Shown piece by piece: positions 18,256 to 27,309 of a stretch of DNA of 64,000 nucleotides. Origin of the DNA: Planctomycetota bacterium (GTDB taxonomy: Bacteria; Planctomycetota; UBA1135). A program made the position numbers and the translations under genes. The notes below the pieces were generated by a model, which had not been told where the DNA came from, ran no database searches, and was given only the letters and a program-made list of their open reading frames with translations. The stretch covers positions 7,723 to 71,722 of the forward strand of contig JAPKBM010000007.1 in assembly GCA_026421205.1 (NCBI GenBank), in the 5' to 3' direction. The stretch's first letter is position 1, and every line of letters starts with the position of its first letter.

Positions 18256-18836
18256 AAACATTTTTTATCTTTTCCACAGTAGCTCTCTTGGCGACGTATG
18301 GTTTTTTTTCATTTCGCACAAAACAAGCGGAAGCAATCAAGCAAAAAAACCAGCAACAAAGAGAGCGAAATTTTGCTTCTGCGGCCAATATCCCCCAGGG
18401 GGCGATTGCGCTGGAAACACCGCGCATCCGCCTGCAGAAGTCACCCGTCCAATTTTTTGTTCCCTCGCAGCCTATAGACACTCTAGAGGACTCAGAATCT
18501 ATCGGCGCCTTGCGTCGAGCTCAAGGGTTTGAGGAAACCGTAACCCGTTACCTTGCCCATGTTTATCGGGAATTGAGAGAACCCGCTGCGGGGGATGGTG
18601 ACATCGCCTTAAAGCAAACAGTTCTTGGGGCACAATTGCATGGTGCGTTTATGCTTTTTCGAGAGATGAAAAAAGGAGAAACGGAAAAGACCTGGGGGAT
18701 TGTCGCCCCTCGTGTGATTCATTGGATGGATGCTGTTTTTCTTCGTTTGCTTACAGATTGGGAAAAAGAGTATCCTTGGGTGGCGAGCACTTTGGCCCCC
18801 TTCCGTGAAGAATTTCACGAAAACCTAGCTTGGTAA
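18252..18836 (+). CDS. Hypothetical membrane-anchored or secreted protein
   Basis: 194-aa ORF with a hydrophobic N-terminus (MKTFFIFSTVALLATYGFFSF). ATGA overlap with the upstream gene. Confidence 0.4.
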   Translation: MKTFFIFSTVALLATYGFFSFRTKQAEAIKQKNQQQRERNFASAANIPQGAIALETPRIRLQKSPVQFFVPSQPIDTLEDSESIGALRRAQGFEETVTRYLAHVYRELREPAAGDGDIALKQTVLGAQLHGAFMLFREMKKGETEKTWGIVAPRVIHWMDAVFLRLLTDWEKEYPWVASTLAPFREEFHENLAW

Positions 18837-18841
18837 TTTCA

Positions 18842-19111
18842 ATGTCTACAAAACACAACTTAGTCCTTTTGAGCACCGCAGTCGTCCTCTTTGCTTCTTG
18901 CGTGAGCGGCCCTTCCTATGATCGTGCACCAGTATCCAACCTTTGGGGTGGCGCTTATGGAACGGAGCCAGCAGCAGCAACTTCCGTTTCCTCAGCCGCT
19001 CCTCGTGGGTCCTCTCGCCCAGCTCTAGGGCAAAGAACGCATCGAAACGGTCCTTGCCCAGAGTGTGAGGCCGAAAAGCAAGCGCCTCGTCGTTACTGGA
19101 ATCACCGGTAA
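18842..19111 (+). CDS. Small putative lipoprotein
   Basis: MSTKHNLVLLSTAVVLFASC has a lipobox-like LFASC. It overlaps the 3' end of the convergent sulfatase gene by 10 nt. Weak call. Confidence 0.3.
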   Translation: MSTKHNLVLLSTAVVLFASCVSGPSYDRAPVSNLWGGAYGTEPAAATSVSSAAPRGSSRPALGQRTHRNGPCPECEAEKQAPRRYWNHR

Positions 19112-20472
19112 GTTGCCCAATCTTTCGGCGGAATCCAGTCCTTGGGGGCTGGGCCATTGCAGTCTGGTGTTAAGGACAGGTCAGGGTTGCCGGGATGACG
19201 GCGCACCCACTGGGTTAATTGTTCCCGAAGAAGTTCGACCTCGTTTTTGTAGGTTTCGGCAAGATTGTTTTTTTCTGCTGGGTCGTCGATTAAGGAGTAA
19301 TAAAGTTCCTTTTCAAGTCCATTGTCACGGTGAATGCGGAGCACATATTTCCAAGAGTTCTTTATCACGGCGTAAGTCGTCCACTGGGGGCTACAGGCGG
19401 CAAAAAACTGTGTACGACTTGAGAGCGGAGACCCTTTCGTTAGGGGTGGTAGCAAGTTTCGACCCGGAAGGCCTTCGGGGTTGTCACCGCCGACGGCAAG
19501 AAGGGTGGCCGCAAAATCAAGGACGTCGGTGTTTTTAGAAAAAGTTGCGGGAAGGTTTTCTGCCGAAGAGAAAGAGAGAAGAGCCGGGACGCGCAAGCCC
19601 CCTTCAAAGGTAGAGCCTTTTGCACCCCGTAAATGACCGGTACGCGCGCCATGACCTCGGGCCGGTCCATTGTCCCCAAGGAAGATAATGAGCGTTTCTT
19701 TTTTGCGGGCTTTCGTGGCCTTAAGAACTTTTGCAATTGCCGAATCCATTTCTTCAATCATGGCGCAATAAATTTGATGCTCTTTGTTCGCCAGTGTTTT
19801 GTAGTGTTCCACCGTTTCGGACGGAGCCTGCAGTGGAATGTGCGGTGCGCTCAAAGGCAAGTAGAGAAAAATCGGTTTTTCCTTCGGCGCCGACGCAATC
19901 CAAGATTCGGCCTCTTTTGCAAAAAGTCGAGTGGCGTAACCTTTTTCAGAAAGAGAGGTGCCGTTTCGTTGCCAGTCTAATCCCCCGTCTCGGCTTTCAT
20001 GGCTCCAATAATCAATGGCCCCCGTGAGAAATCCATAGAAGTGTTGAAAGCCTTGTTGGTTTGGGTGCATAGATTTTTTTTCATGACCTAAGTGCCATTT
20101 TCCAATCAATGCCGTTTCATACCCTTTTTTTTGAAGCCGTTCTGCAAGTGTGATTTCTTCGGTGGGAAGGCCACGAGCATCCCAAGGTCGCAAGGGTGAA
20201 TATAAAAGACCTAAATCAACCGGAGATTTTCCGGTCATGAGAGCCACCCTAGTAGGTGTGCAGAGGGGAAAGGTTCGGAAAGAGGTAAGTTCTGTCCCTT
20301 GACTTCGGAGCAACTCAAGACGAGGCATGCGCGCTTCTCCTCCCGCCCAACTCATGTCGCCGACACCGAGGTCATCGGCGAGAATTAAGAGAATGTCCGG
20401 AGAAGAGTTTTCGGGCGCGGACGGCTGACACGCAATAAAAGCGAGTACAAAAAAGAGGGACGATGCTTTCAC
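19102..20472 (-). CDS. Arylsulfatase (formylglycine-dependent sulfatase family), probable lipoprotein
   Basis: ILADDLGVGD, the sulfatase signature PLCTPTRVALMTGK (C-x-P-x-R), GKWHLG, and a signal/lipobox FVLAFIAC. GTG start overlaps the upstream stop (GTGA). Confidence 0.85.
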   Translation of the reverse strand: MKASSLFFVLAFIACQPSAPENSSPDILLILADDLGVGDMSWAGGEARMPRLELLRSQGTELTSFRTFPLCTPTRVALMTGKSPVDLGLLYSPLRPWDARGLPTEEITLAERLQKKGYETALIGKWHLGHEKKSMHPNQQGFQHFYGFLTGAIDYWSHESRDGGLDWQRNGTSLSEKGYATRLFAKEAESWIASAPKEKPIFLYLPLSAPHIPLQAPSETVEHYKTLANKEHQIYCAMIEEMDSAIAKVLKATKARKKETLIIFLGDNGPARGHGARTGHLRGAKGSTFEGGLRVPALLSFSSAENLPATFSKNTDVLDFAATLLAVGGDNPEGLPGRNLLPPLTKGSPLSSRTQFFAACSPQWTTYAVIKNSWKYVLRIHRDNGLEKELYYSLIDDPAEKNNLAETYKNEVELLREQLTQWVRRHPGNPDLSLTPDCNGPAPKDWIPPKDWATYR

Positions 20473-21698
20473 GAAATTGCTCGAGCGGTCTCAAGGACCT
20501 CTTCTTCGGTGAGAAGTCGGTCTGAGCTCTTTGCTTTTTTTAAGACAGCTGCAATGCGTTCTTCCGTAGGTTTCATGTTGCGATTTTCCAGAAACCAAAT
20601 GACATTGGACTTCCCACTCATGGGGCCGACAGAGATTTTTTGCTCCAGTCCAAATTCACCGGCAGGAACTCCCGAATAGACGCGGTCAGCTAGCCAGGTG
20701 TCTCCTTTTCTGAAAGCTTTGATCACCGCAGCAGCATGAACCCCCGTTCCTGTTTCAAAGGCGTCTTGGCCAAACACAGGGTATTCTCGACGAACCGGCC
20801 GACCCACAGCTTTGCTGGCAAGGTGCACGTAATCTCCGAGTTTCGTGAGATCCCGGTCAATCCACCCAAGTAGTTTTAGGTTCACAAGAAGTAAATCCAT
20901 TTCCGTATTCCCTGCGCGTTCTCCAATGCCCAAGGCACAGCCGTGGACCCGTTCACAGCCTTCTGAGATTGCTGTCAGAGTATTGATCAGCCCAAGGCCG
21001 CGATCTCTGTGCCCATGCCAATCCATGCCGACATGGCTTGCGCCAATATCCTTCAAAAAGTTTTTTGTCCAGCGAACCAAGTTCCGTACTTCTTGGGGAG
21101 TCGCACTGCCGACGGTATCACACATGCAGATGCGTTGCGCTCCTTCTTCAATAGCTGCGCCGAAAAGCGTGGACAGGATTTCTGGAGTACTGCGTACGGT
21201 GTCTTCCGTCACGAACATGATGGGCAGTTGATTTTCTGTGCCAAAGCGCACAGCGTCACGAACATGATTAACCATGCGTTCCAAGTCCCAACTTTCTGCA
21301 TAAGCACGAATCGGGCTGGAACCAATAAAGGCGCAGACTTCAATGGGCTCGCCAATTTCCTGCACCATATTCACAACTGGCTCAATATCACCGACGACCG
21401 TTCGGCATGCCACATTTGGGGTGATGTTGAGCGAAACCATTTCCTTCGAAAGGGCCAAAATGTGCTCTCGCGCAGTATCCCCTGCCCCTGGAAGGCCGAT
21501 GTCGGCAGTGTCAATGCCAAGGTCATTCATGAGGTGAATCAACTCCAGTTTTTCTTGAAGACTGGGGTCTTGCACTGAGGGGCATTGAAGGCCGTCCCGC
21601 AAAGTTTCATCATCCAGTTGGACAGGTTTCTTGGGCGCGGGGAATTCATGGGGGCCAAAAGCGCCCCAGTCAAAAATGAGATCGTTGGGATGAGTCAT
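20469..21698 (-). CDS. 2-isopropylmalate/homocitrate/citramalate synthase-family enzyme (DRE-TIM metallolyase) lacking a LeuA regulatory domain
   Basis: LDDETLRDGLQ, HGHRDRGLGLINTLTAI, GIGERAGNTEMD. At 409 aa there is no C-terminal allosteric domain. Confidence 0.75.
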   Translation of the reverse strand: MTHPNDLIFDWGAFGPHEFPAPKKPVQLDDETLRDGLQCPSVQDPSLQEKLELIHLMNDLGIDTADIGLPGAGDTAREHILALSKEMVSLNITPNVACRTVVGDIEPVVNMVQEIGEPIEVCAFIGSSPIRAYAESWDLERMVNHVRDAVRFGTENQLPIMFVTEDTVRSTPEILSTLFGAAIEEGAQRICMCDTVGSATPQEVRNLVRWTKNFLKDIGASHVGMDWHGHRDRGLGLINTLTAISEGCERVHGCALGIGERAGNTEMDLLLVNLKLLGWIDRDLTKLGDYVHLASKAVGRPVRREYPVFGQDAFETGTGVHAAAVIKAFRKGDTWLADRVYSGVPAGEFGLEQKISVGPMSGKSNVIWFLENRNMKPTEERIAAVLKKAKSSDRLLTEEEVLETARAIS

Positions 21699-22681
21699 GC
21701 TTCGTCTTCTATGTGGCCACCTAAGTCCGTGTCTTGGATTCTGGGAAGGCCTCGGACACCTAAAAGAACTTGGCCAGCTGCCCAGTCCGCCAAGCTTAAT
21801 GTTGCAGCAAGTTCTTTTCCAAGCCGTGAGTCGGCATGGACTATTTTGCTTCGGCGCAAGAGGCCTTGGCGAGAGAAAAGTTGGCGTTTTCTGAAAAGGT
21901 CGTTCCGTGTTTCAGAGATGAGCCGCAGGCATTCTAAACCAGAAAGAAATGGTTCCGCCTCTAAGAGTTCACTAAAGAGCAAGTGAAGAATAATGAGGAG
22001 GTGGTCTTGACCGAGCTTGTGATTCCGTCGGAACTTTTCTATTCCAAGTGCTCGGCCATTTTCCGTGGACTGAATGCGGGCCCGAATGGAAAATAGTTTC
22101 CGTCGGGCTTGTTGCCGTGCTTCTTGGAGAACACTGGGGTGTGCGCCTTCGTCAAATAAGGTTTCTGCCCGCCGAATGCACAGCTGACGCCAAGCATAGA
22201 GGTCCCAGAGCAAGTCCTCTTCATTGAGATAGGGCTTTGGCGCATGCGCAGGGAGGCCTGTGGATTCCACCGGAATGCCTTGCAGCCACTGGAGTGCTTT
22301 TGGTGTGACGTCAAACCAGGCGTCAAGCGGGTCATGTTGGCTGGGTTCTACAGAACCGCGGAGCCACGAGCCTTGCCGAAGCGCGCTGGAAGGAAAAAGG
22401 AGGGTCAGGGATTCTGTACGGGGGATGCCCGCTCTATAAAGGAGGGAGATAATTTCTCCGCCTCTCCAGGTGTCATAATTGCCTTGAACGCGTCGGTGAA
22501 AAAAAAGGCTCATGAGCAAGAGCGCGCTGGGTGGGAGGTCTTCCTTGAGGAGACTGCCGGCTTCCGCGAGGTTCGCTTGCTCCTGGTCCGTGAGGTCAGA
22601 ATGCGGGAGATTTTGCTGGTGCGCGTCACAGAGACGGTCGCAGAGCTTGAGGATGTTTTCGAGAGCAGGTTTTGAATTCAT
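21695..22681 (-). CDS. Hypothetical protein (helical, no recognised catalytic motif)
   Basis: 328-aa ORF, first gene of an ATGA/GTGA-coupled trio with the synthase-like and sulfatase genes. Confidence 0.45.
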   Translation of the reverse strand: MNSKPALENILKLCDRLCDAHQQNLPHSDLTDQEQANLAEAGSLLKEDLPPSALLLMSLFFHRRVQGNYDTWRGGEIISLLYRAGIPRTESLTLLFPSSALRQGSWLRGSVEPSQHDPLDAWFDVTPKALQWLQGIPVESTGLPAHAPKPYLNEEDLLWDLYAWRQLCIRRAETLFDEGAHPSVLQEARQQARRKLFSIRARIQSTENGRALGIEKFRRNHKLGQDHLLIILHLLFSELLEAEPFLSGLECLRLISETRNDLFRKRQLFSRQGLLRRSKIVHADSRLGKELAATLSLADWAAGQVLLGVRGLPRIQDTDLGGHIEDEA

Positions 22682-22752
22682 GAATGGAAATGGGACGCCG
22701 GATTATAGAGGGACTTTCTGCGTTTCAAGTCCGGCACGGCTACCATGTTTTT

Positions 22753-24129
22753 ATGGCACGAACGAGACGATGGGAGAAGCGCCAAGAGGTGCTTTGCGCG
22801 TTGCAGGAGCACCTGACTCTGTCTTCGAATGAGGCCTTTATTCCTGCTGAAACTCACCACGTTGCTGATATTGCCGATGTCTTGTGGCTGGACTTTAATA
22901 AGGAGGAAGCTCGTCGGCTGTTTCAAACATTTCCAGCGGAATTATCCGCAGAGGTTCTGGCCGAAAGCGAGCCGAAACTGCAAAATGGCCTTTTGGAGGG
23001 CATGGATGCTGAGGCCTTGGCGAAATTGCTGGAATTGGTCTCCGCAGACGATGGTACGGATATTTTGGAGGTTGTTGGCGACGAATTACGCCAGCAGGTC
23101 CTTTGTTTTATTGAGCCGGAGGATGCGAATGATTTACGACACCTTTCGGAGTATCCGGCTGATTCTGCCGGAGGGTTGATGACCACTGAATTTATCACGG
23201 TCCGCGCTGAAGAGCACGTGGGTGATTTGCTGAAACGTATAAAGCGAGATGAGGGTGAGTCAGAGACCATTCAAAATATTTATGTCACGGACGAGCAGGG
23301 TATTTTAGAGGGGGTTGTTTCCAACCGAGAACTCTTGGAAGCCAGCATTCACGATGAAGTCGGCAGTTTTGCCATTCCAGACGTCATTCATGCTCGGGTA
23401 GATGAGGATCAGGAAGAAGTTGCGCATAAGCTGCTGCACTACAACCTTTCCACTATTCCTGTGGTGGACTTAAGAAGTGTCCTTGTGGGGATTGTGACTG
23501 CAGACGATGCGCTGGAGGTTCTTGAAGAGGAGGGCACAGAGGATGCTCTTTTGTTGGCAGGTGCGCACGGAGACTCCCATGCATCAGAGTCTCTTTTTGT
23601 CAAAGTGCTTCACCGCGCACCGATGTTGGTTGTGACCGTGATGGCGGGTCTATTGATGTCCCGGGTAATGGAGTATTTTGCACCGGAGGTGCTTGGTCTA
23701 GATTCCGATGACCCGTGGAGAAAAGTGATTTCCTACATTCCCATGGTGCTGGCTCTTTCCGGGACGATTGGTATGCAAACATCTGCGGTACTGGTGCGTG
23801 GTTTTGCCGTAGGGCAGATTACCGAAGGCCGTAGATTTCGCGTATTTCTTAATGAATCTCAGGTTGGTGCGACGTTAGGTCTTCTTTGTGGGCTCTTGGT
23901 GACGCCGGCAGCAACATTTTTTGGAGGGTCGTTTGATATTGGCCTTGCCCTTGGCCTGGCATTGTTTTTTGCCATGGGCTGGGCAGCCACGGCATCCAGC
24001 ATGATTGCCCTTGGAAGTGAGCATTTAGGCTTTGACCCCGCGCTCGTTTCTGGCCCAATTATGATGGCCGTCAGCGATTTGTCTGCCGTTTTTCTGTTTT
24101 TCGGCACGGCGACGCTTTTGCTGGGATGA
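22753..24129 (+). CDS. mgtE: Magnesium transporter MgtE
   Basis: MgtE N-domain (HVADIADVL...FQTFPAELSAEVLAE), a CBS pair, and a C-terminal 5-TM MgtE domain. I preferred ATG 22753 over 22684, which would lie 2 nt from the divergent gene. Confidence 0.85.
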   Translation: MARTRRWEKRQEVLCALQEHLTLSSNEAFIPAETHHVADIADVLWLDFNKEEARRLFQTFPAELSAEVLAESEPKLQNGLLEGMDAEALAKLLELVSADDGTDILEVVGDELRQQVLCFIEPEDANDLRHLSEYPADSAGGLMTTEFITVRAEEHVGDLLKRIKRDEGESETIQNIYVTDEQGILEGVVSNRELLEASIHDEVGSFAIPDVIHARVDEDQEEVAHKLLHYNLSTIPVVDLRSVLVGIVTADDALEVLEEEGTEDALLLAGAHGDSHASESLFVKVLHRAPMLVVTVMAGLLMSRVMEYFAPEVLGLDSDDPWRKVISYIPMVLALSGTIGMQTSAVLVRGFAVGQITEGRRFRVFLNESQVGATLGLLCGLLVTPAATFFGGSFDIGLALGLALFFAMGWAATASSMIALGSEHLGFDPALVSGPIMMAVSDLSAVFLFFGTATLLLG

Positions 24130-24608
24130 GTGGGCCTCTCTCTAAGAAATGTGCACTGTTTTTTGCCTTTGCGGTTTTTCTATCAAGCCTTTTTTTACTC
24201 CAGCCGTATCAGGTTGTCGGCCGTTCTATGGAACCGACTTTTGAAGAGGGGGATTGGGTTTGGACGGTGCCTTTGTTTTCTATGCCGTCTCGCGGAGACT
24301 GCGTTATTTTTGAAGACCCCTGGACGGGGAAAAAAGCCATGAAAAGAGTGGCCGGTTTGCCTCAAGAAGCCTTAGAACGGTTCTATTTCAGTGCCGGAAA
24401 ATCATCGGCACCGATTCAGTTTCATCGGGGCCAATGGGCCGAGGCCTCTTCCGAAAGACGGTCTCTGCCGGTCGGTCAATTTTTTCTTGTTGGAGATCGT
24501 GCCGCATCCAGTCAGGATTCTCGGGGTTACGGTCCCGTAGCCCGCAAGAAGATTTTTCGTCGGGTTCTTGGTGCAACTGACGTGAGAAAAATTGAGAGAC
24601 CCATCTGA
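24126..24608 (+). CDS. lepB: Signal peptidase I (S26)
   Basis: GRSMEPTF (Ser box), MKRVAGL (Lys box), GDRAASSQDSRGYGPV (GDN..S.DSR box). Confidence 0.8.
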   Translation: MSGPLSKKCALFFAFAVFLSSLFLLQPYQVVGRSMEPTFEEGDWVWTVPLFSMPSRGDCVIFEDPWTGKKAMKRVAGLPQEALERFYFSAGKSSAPIQFHRGQWAEASSERRSLPVGQFFLVGDRAASSQDSRGYGPVARKKIFRRVLGATDVRKIERPI

Positions 24609-25197
24609 GCCTGATCCGTCTTTGGACCCCGGAGTCCAGTGGATGTTGGCATTCCAGGCGGGAGACGAATCTGCCTTTGATTCCCTGGTGAAGGAATATC
24701 AAAATGCTGCTTTTGCCATGTTGCGGCGTATTTTGGGCCCTCACGCAATGGTTGAGGATCTGGCACAAGAGGCCTTCATCCGAGTGTATCGAGCGAAGAG
24801 TCGCTATCGGCCAGCGGGAAAATTTACGACGTTTCTTTATCGCATTACGTACAACTTAGCCCTGAATCGGGTTCGGGATGACGGGCGACACCGGCTCCTT
24901 TCGTTGCCGCAGTCTCCAGAGGGAGAACCCATGCCCTTGCCGGATCCAAAAGCAGAAAAACCTTGGAAGGCGCCCAATCGAGCCAATTGGGCAGATCATG
25001 TTGCCCAGGCTTTGCAGGCTCTTCCCCGAAACCAACGAAGCGCACTGGTGTTTCAGCATTATGACGGATTGGATTTAGTTGAAATCGGCCATATTCTTGA
25101 CGTCCCCCCTCCTGCAGTGAAATCCTTGCTCCATCGAGCACGAGAAAATATGCGGGCTCTCCTTCAACCCCTTAAAGACGCAGAACAAGATGAATGA
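24592..25197 (+). CDS. ECF-type RNA polymerase sigma factor (sigma-70 family, group 4)
   Basis: Region 2 DLAQEAFIRVYR...FTTFLYRITYNLALNRVRD. Region 4 RSALVFQHYDGLDLVEIGHILDVPPPAVKSLLHRAR. An alternative ATG lies at 24643. Confidence 0.85.
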   Translation: MRDPSEPDPSLDPGVQWMLAFQAGDESAFDSLVKEYQNAAFAMLRRILGPHAMVEDLAQEAFIRVYRAKSRYRPAGKFTTFLYRITYNLALNRVRDDGRHRLLSLPQSPEGEPMPLPDPKAEKPWKAPNRANWADHVAQALQALPRNQRSALVFQHYDGLDLVEIGHILDVPPPAVKSLLHRARENMRALLQPLKDAEQDE

Positions 25198-25588
25198 CTG
25201 GTTAGATACGGCCTTGGATGAGCTTCCTGGTGAGGCTGCGCCGTCCGATTTTGCAGATCAGGTTCACGTAGCCTTAGCTGCAGAGGGCCAATCGATTTTA
25301 CGGGGGTTCGGCTTCCGTCGGCTTGGACAAGTTGCCGCAGCAATTTTTCTTCTTGTGGGTGGATATTGGCTTGGACAGGGGCAGAGTTGGCAAGCGACGC
25401 GGGATGTGTCCCAGGCGAAATTGACCGCTATGGAGCTTTCAGAAATTGCAGCACTGTATGAGAACCGTGAGATTCTTGAGTCTTGGGAATTACTAGAGAA
25501 CTCGTCACTGTCGGCAAGCTCTTCCGACGGCGCAGCAGCAACATGGATGTTAGAGGCCTTTCCACTGAAGGAGGAAGGCTCGCAATGA
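25190..25588 (+). CDS. Putative anti-sigma factor (single TM)
   Basis: It overlaps the sigma gene's 3' end and has a central TM segment (VAAAIFLLVGGYWL). The call rests on position. Confidence 0.45.
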   Translation: MNDWLDTALDELPGEAAPSDFADQVHVALAAEGQSILRGFGFRRLGQVAAAIFLLVGGYWLGQGQSWQATRDVSQAKLTAMELSEIAALYENREILESWELLENSSLSASSSDGAAATWMLEAFPLKEEGSQ

Positions 25589-26103
25589 TTTCACTTCTTC
25601 TTGCTTCCATTCTTTTTCAAAGTCCTGTTTCATCGCCTGCTGTAATTCAGGAAAACTCTCGGCAATGGTGGGAGTCGCTTTCGAAGCAGGATCAGGTTGT
25701 GCTTCAGGAGCGGATGAATCGCTGGCGAGCGTTGTCGACCCAGGGCAAAAAAGAAATGAAGACACGGATGCAGCTCCATGAGCGGACAGAAAAAAGAGGC
25801 CGCAAGCACCAGGCAAGAATTCATCGCGCCCTTCGCCACGCGGTGGAAGAGCAAGAAATCTCGTCGGCGGTTGCCGTCATCCTTTTTGAAGGCCCCATGG
25901 AAGATGCTCTTTTTGTGCTTGGTCACTTGCACAAGGAGCGGTTTTTGGCGCAGGCGTCAGCGCAGGACCTTTGGTTACGGCATGAAATTTCTCCCCAACA
26001 TGAGACACTTCTTCGAGAAATGCGCCCGCAGGAGTTTTTTCAATCTTTGGCGCATTTAGGGGTTCTGGGCCACTCGTTTTCCCGACGCGGGCCTCGTTTT
26101 TAG
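25585..26103 (+). CDS. Secreted hypothetical protein, DUF3106-like
   Basis: MISLLLASILFQSPVSS signal, then WWESLSKQDQVVLQERMNRWRALSTQGKKEM, reminiscent of DUF3106 repeats often found in ECF operons. Confidence 0.4.
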   Translation: MISLLLASILFQSPVSSPAVIQENSRQWWESLSKQDQVVLQERMNRWRALSTQGKKEMKTRMQLHERTEKRGRKHQARIHRALRHAVEEQEISSAVAVILFEGPMEDALFVLGHLHKERFLAQASAQDLWLRHEISPQHETLLREMRPQEFFQSLAHLGVLGHSFSRRGPRF

Positions 26104-26114
26104 AATACCGCTTC

Positions 26115-27278
26115 GTGCGGATTCCCTCCCTCTCCTTTAACCAGGTCCAGCATCTTCCTGCTGCCCGGATTGTTGACTTAAGGAGCCCGTCGGAATTTCA
26201 ACGAGATCATCCACCAGGGGCGTGGAATACCCCTCTTTTTGATGATCATCAGCGAGCTATTGTGGGCACTTTGTGGAAGAAAAGCTCGCCAGAAGCAGCT
26301 TATCAGCAAGGCCAAGCCTTCCTTGAGAAAGATTTGGGTGGAATATTGTGCGAGATTCTGGGTGAAGAGCGAATGCCTGCAGATTGGCAACGCCAGTTTC
26401 GGGAAATATCCTCCGGTTTATCAGGAGGCATGACTTCTTTTCAGGTAGAAGAAGCAGAAGAGGCGCCGACCAATGCATTGGTCTTCATGTGTTGGCGCGG
26501 TGGCATGCGTTCGCAGTCTATGGTGGCTTTGTTGCGTCGGATGGGGGTACTCAATGTCTATCTCATGAGGGGTGGATATCAAAAATACCGACGGTTTGTG
26601 ATGGAGGAACTTTCCCAAAGCCCATTACCCGCGCTACTCGTCCTTCAAGGGCCGACGGGCGTCGGAAAAACACGCTTACTTCGTCAAGTAGAGAGGGACG
26701 AGCCCGGTACGGTGCTTGATTTAGAGGGGCTTGCTCAACATCGCTCTTCGGTCCTTGGTGCGGTTGGTCTTTCCCCGGTGTCCCAACCATTTTTTGAGAC
26801 ACGCCTTTGGGAGAGACTCCGGCTCATGGGCCCCGGCCCTTGGTGGGTAGAGGGGGAAAGTCGAAAGGTTGGAGATGTGGTGATTCCGGAGAGGCTTTGG
26901 CTGGCTATGCAGCAGGGTCTTTTTGTAGGGCTGGAGGCTTCGCTTGCGGACCGGATTGCGGAATTGGGAAGAGAGTATCTGGCAAACCCAGGGTGCCAAG
27001 AGGAGCTTTTAGCCCAACTCCCTTTCTTAGAGAAGCGTATGGGAAAAAAATGGGTGGGTCAGCTTGAGGCCTGGCTATTGGATGGAGCCTGGCAAAAAGT
27101 AGCCGAGGTCCTCCTCGTGCGCTATTACGATCCCCGCTATGCACACGTTGAGATTACACCGGAAGAGGAGCATTCAGGGCGGAAGATTCCTGTTTCTACA
27201 TTTCAGGGTGAAGACAGAAAAGTTCTCCAGGAGTTTCGCCGGTTCCGCGCGAATGTGGGTCAGCAACGCGTAGAATAA
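26115..27278 (+). CDS. selU: tRNA 2-selenouridine synthase
   Basis: Rhodanese domain with CWRGGMRSQS active-site loop followed by a P-loop LQGPTGVGKTRLL. GTG start. Confidence 0.8.
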   Translation: MRIPSLSFNQVQHLPAARIVDLRSPSEFQRDHPPGAWNTPLFDDHQRAIVGTLWKKSSPEAAYQQGQAFLEKDLGGILCEILGEERMPADWQRQFREISSGLSGGMTSFQVEEAEEAPTNALVFMCWRGGMRSQSMVALLRRMGVLNVYLMRGGYQKYRRFVMEELSQSPLPALLVLQGPTGVGKTRLLRQVERDEPGTVLDLEGLAQHRSSVLGAVGLSPVSQPFFETRLWERLRLMGPGPWWVEGESRKVGDVVIPERLWLAMQQGLFVGLEASLADRIAELGREYLANPGCQEELLAQLPFLEKRMGKKWVGQLEAWLLDGAWQKVAEVLLVRYYDPRYAHVEITPEEEHSGRKIPVSTFQGEDRKVLQEFRRFRANVGQQRVE

Positions 27279-27309
27279 ACCTCTCGGGACTCCTTCCCGA
27301 CCTGTCACC

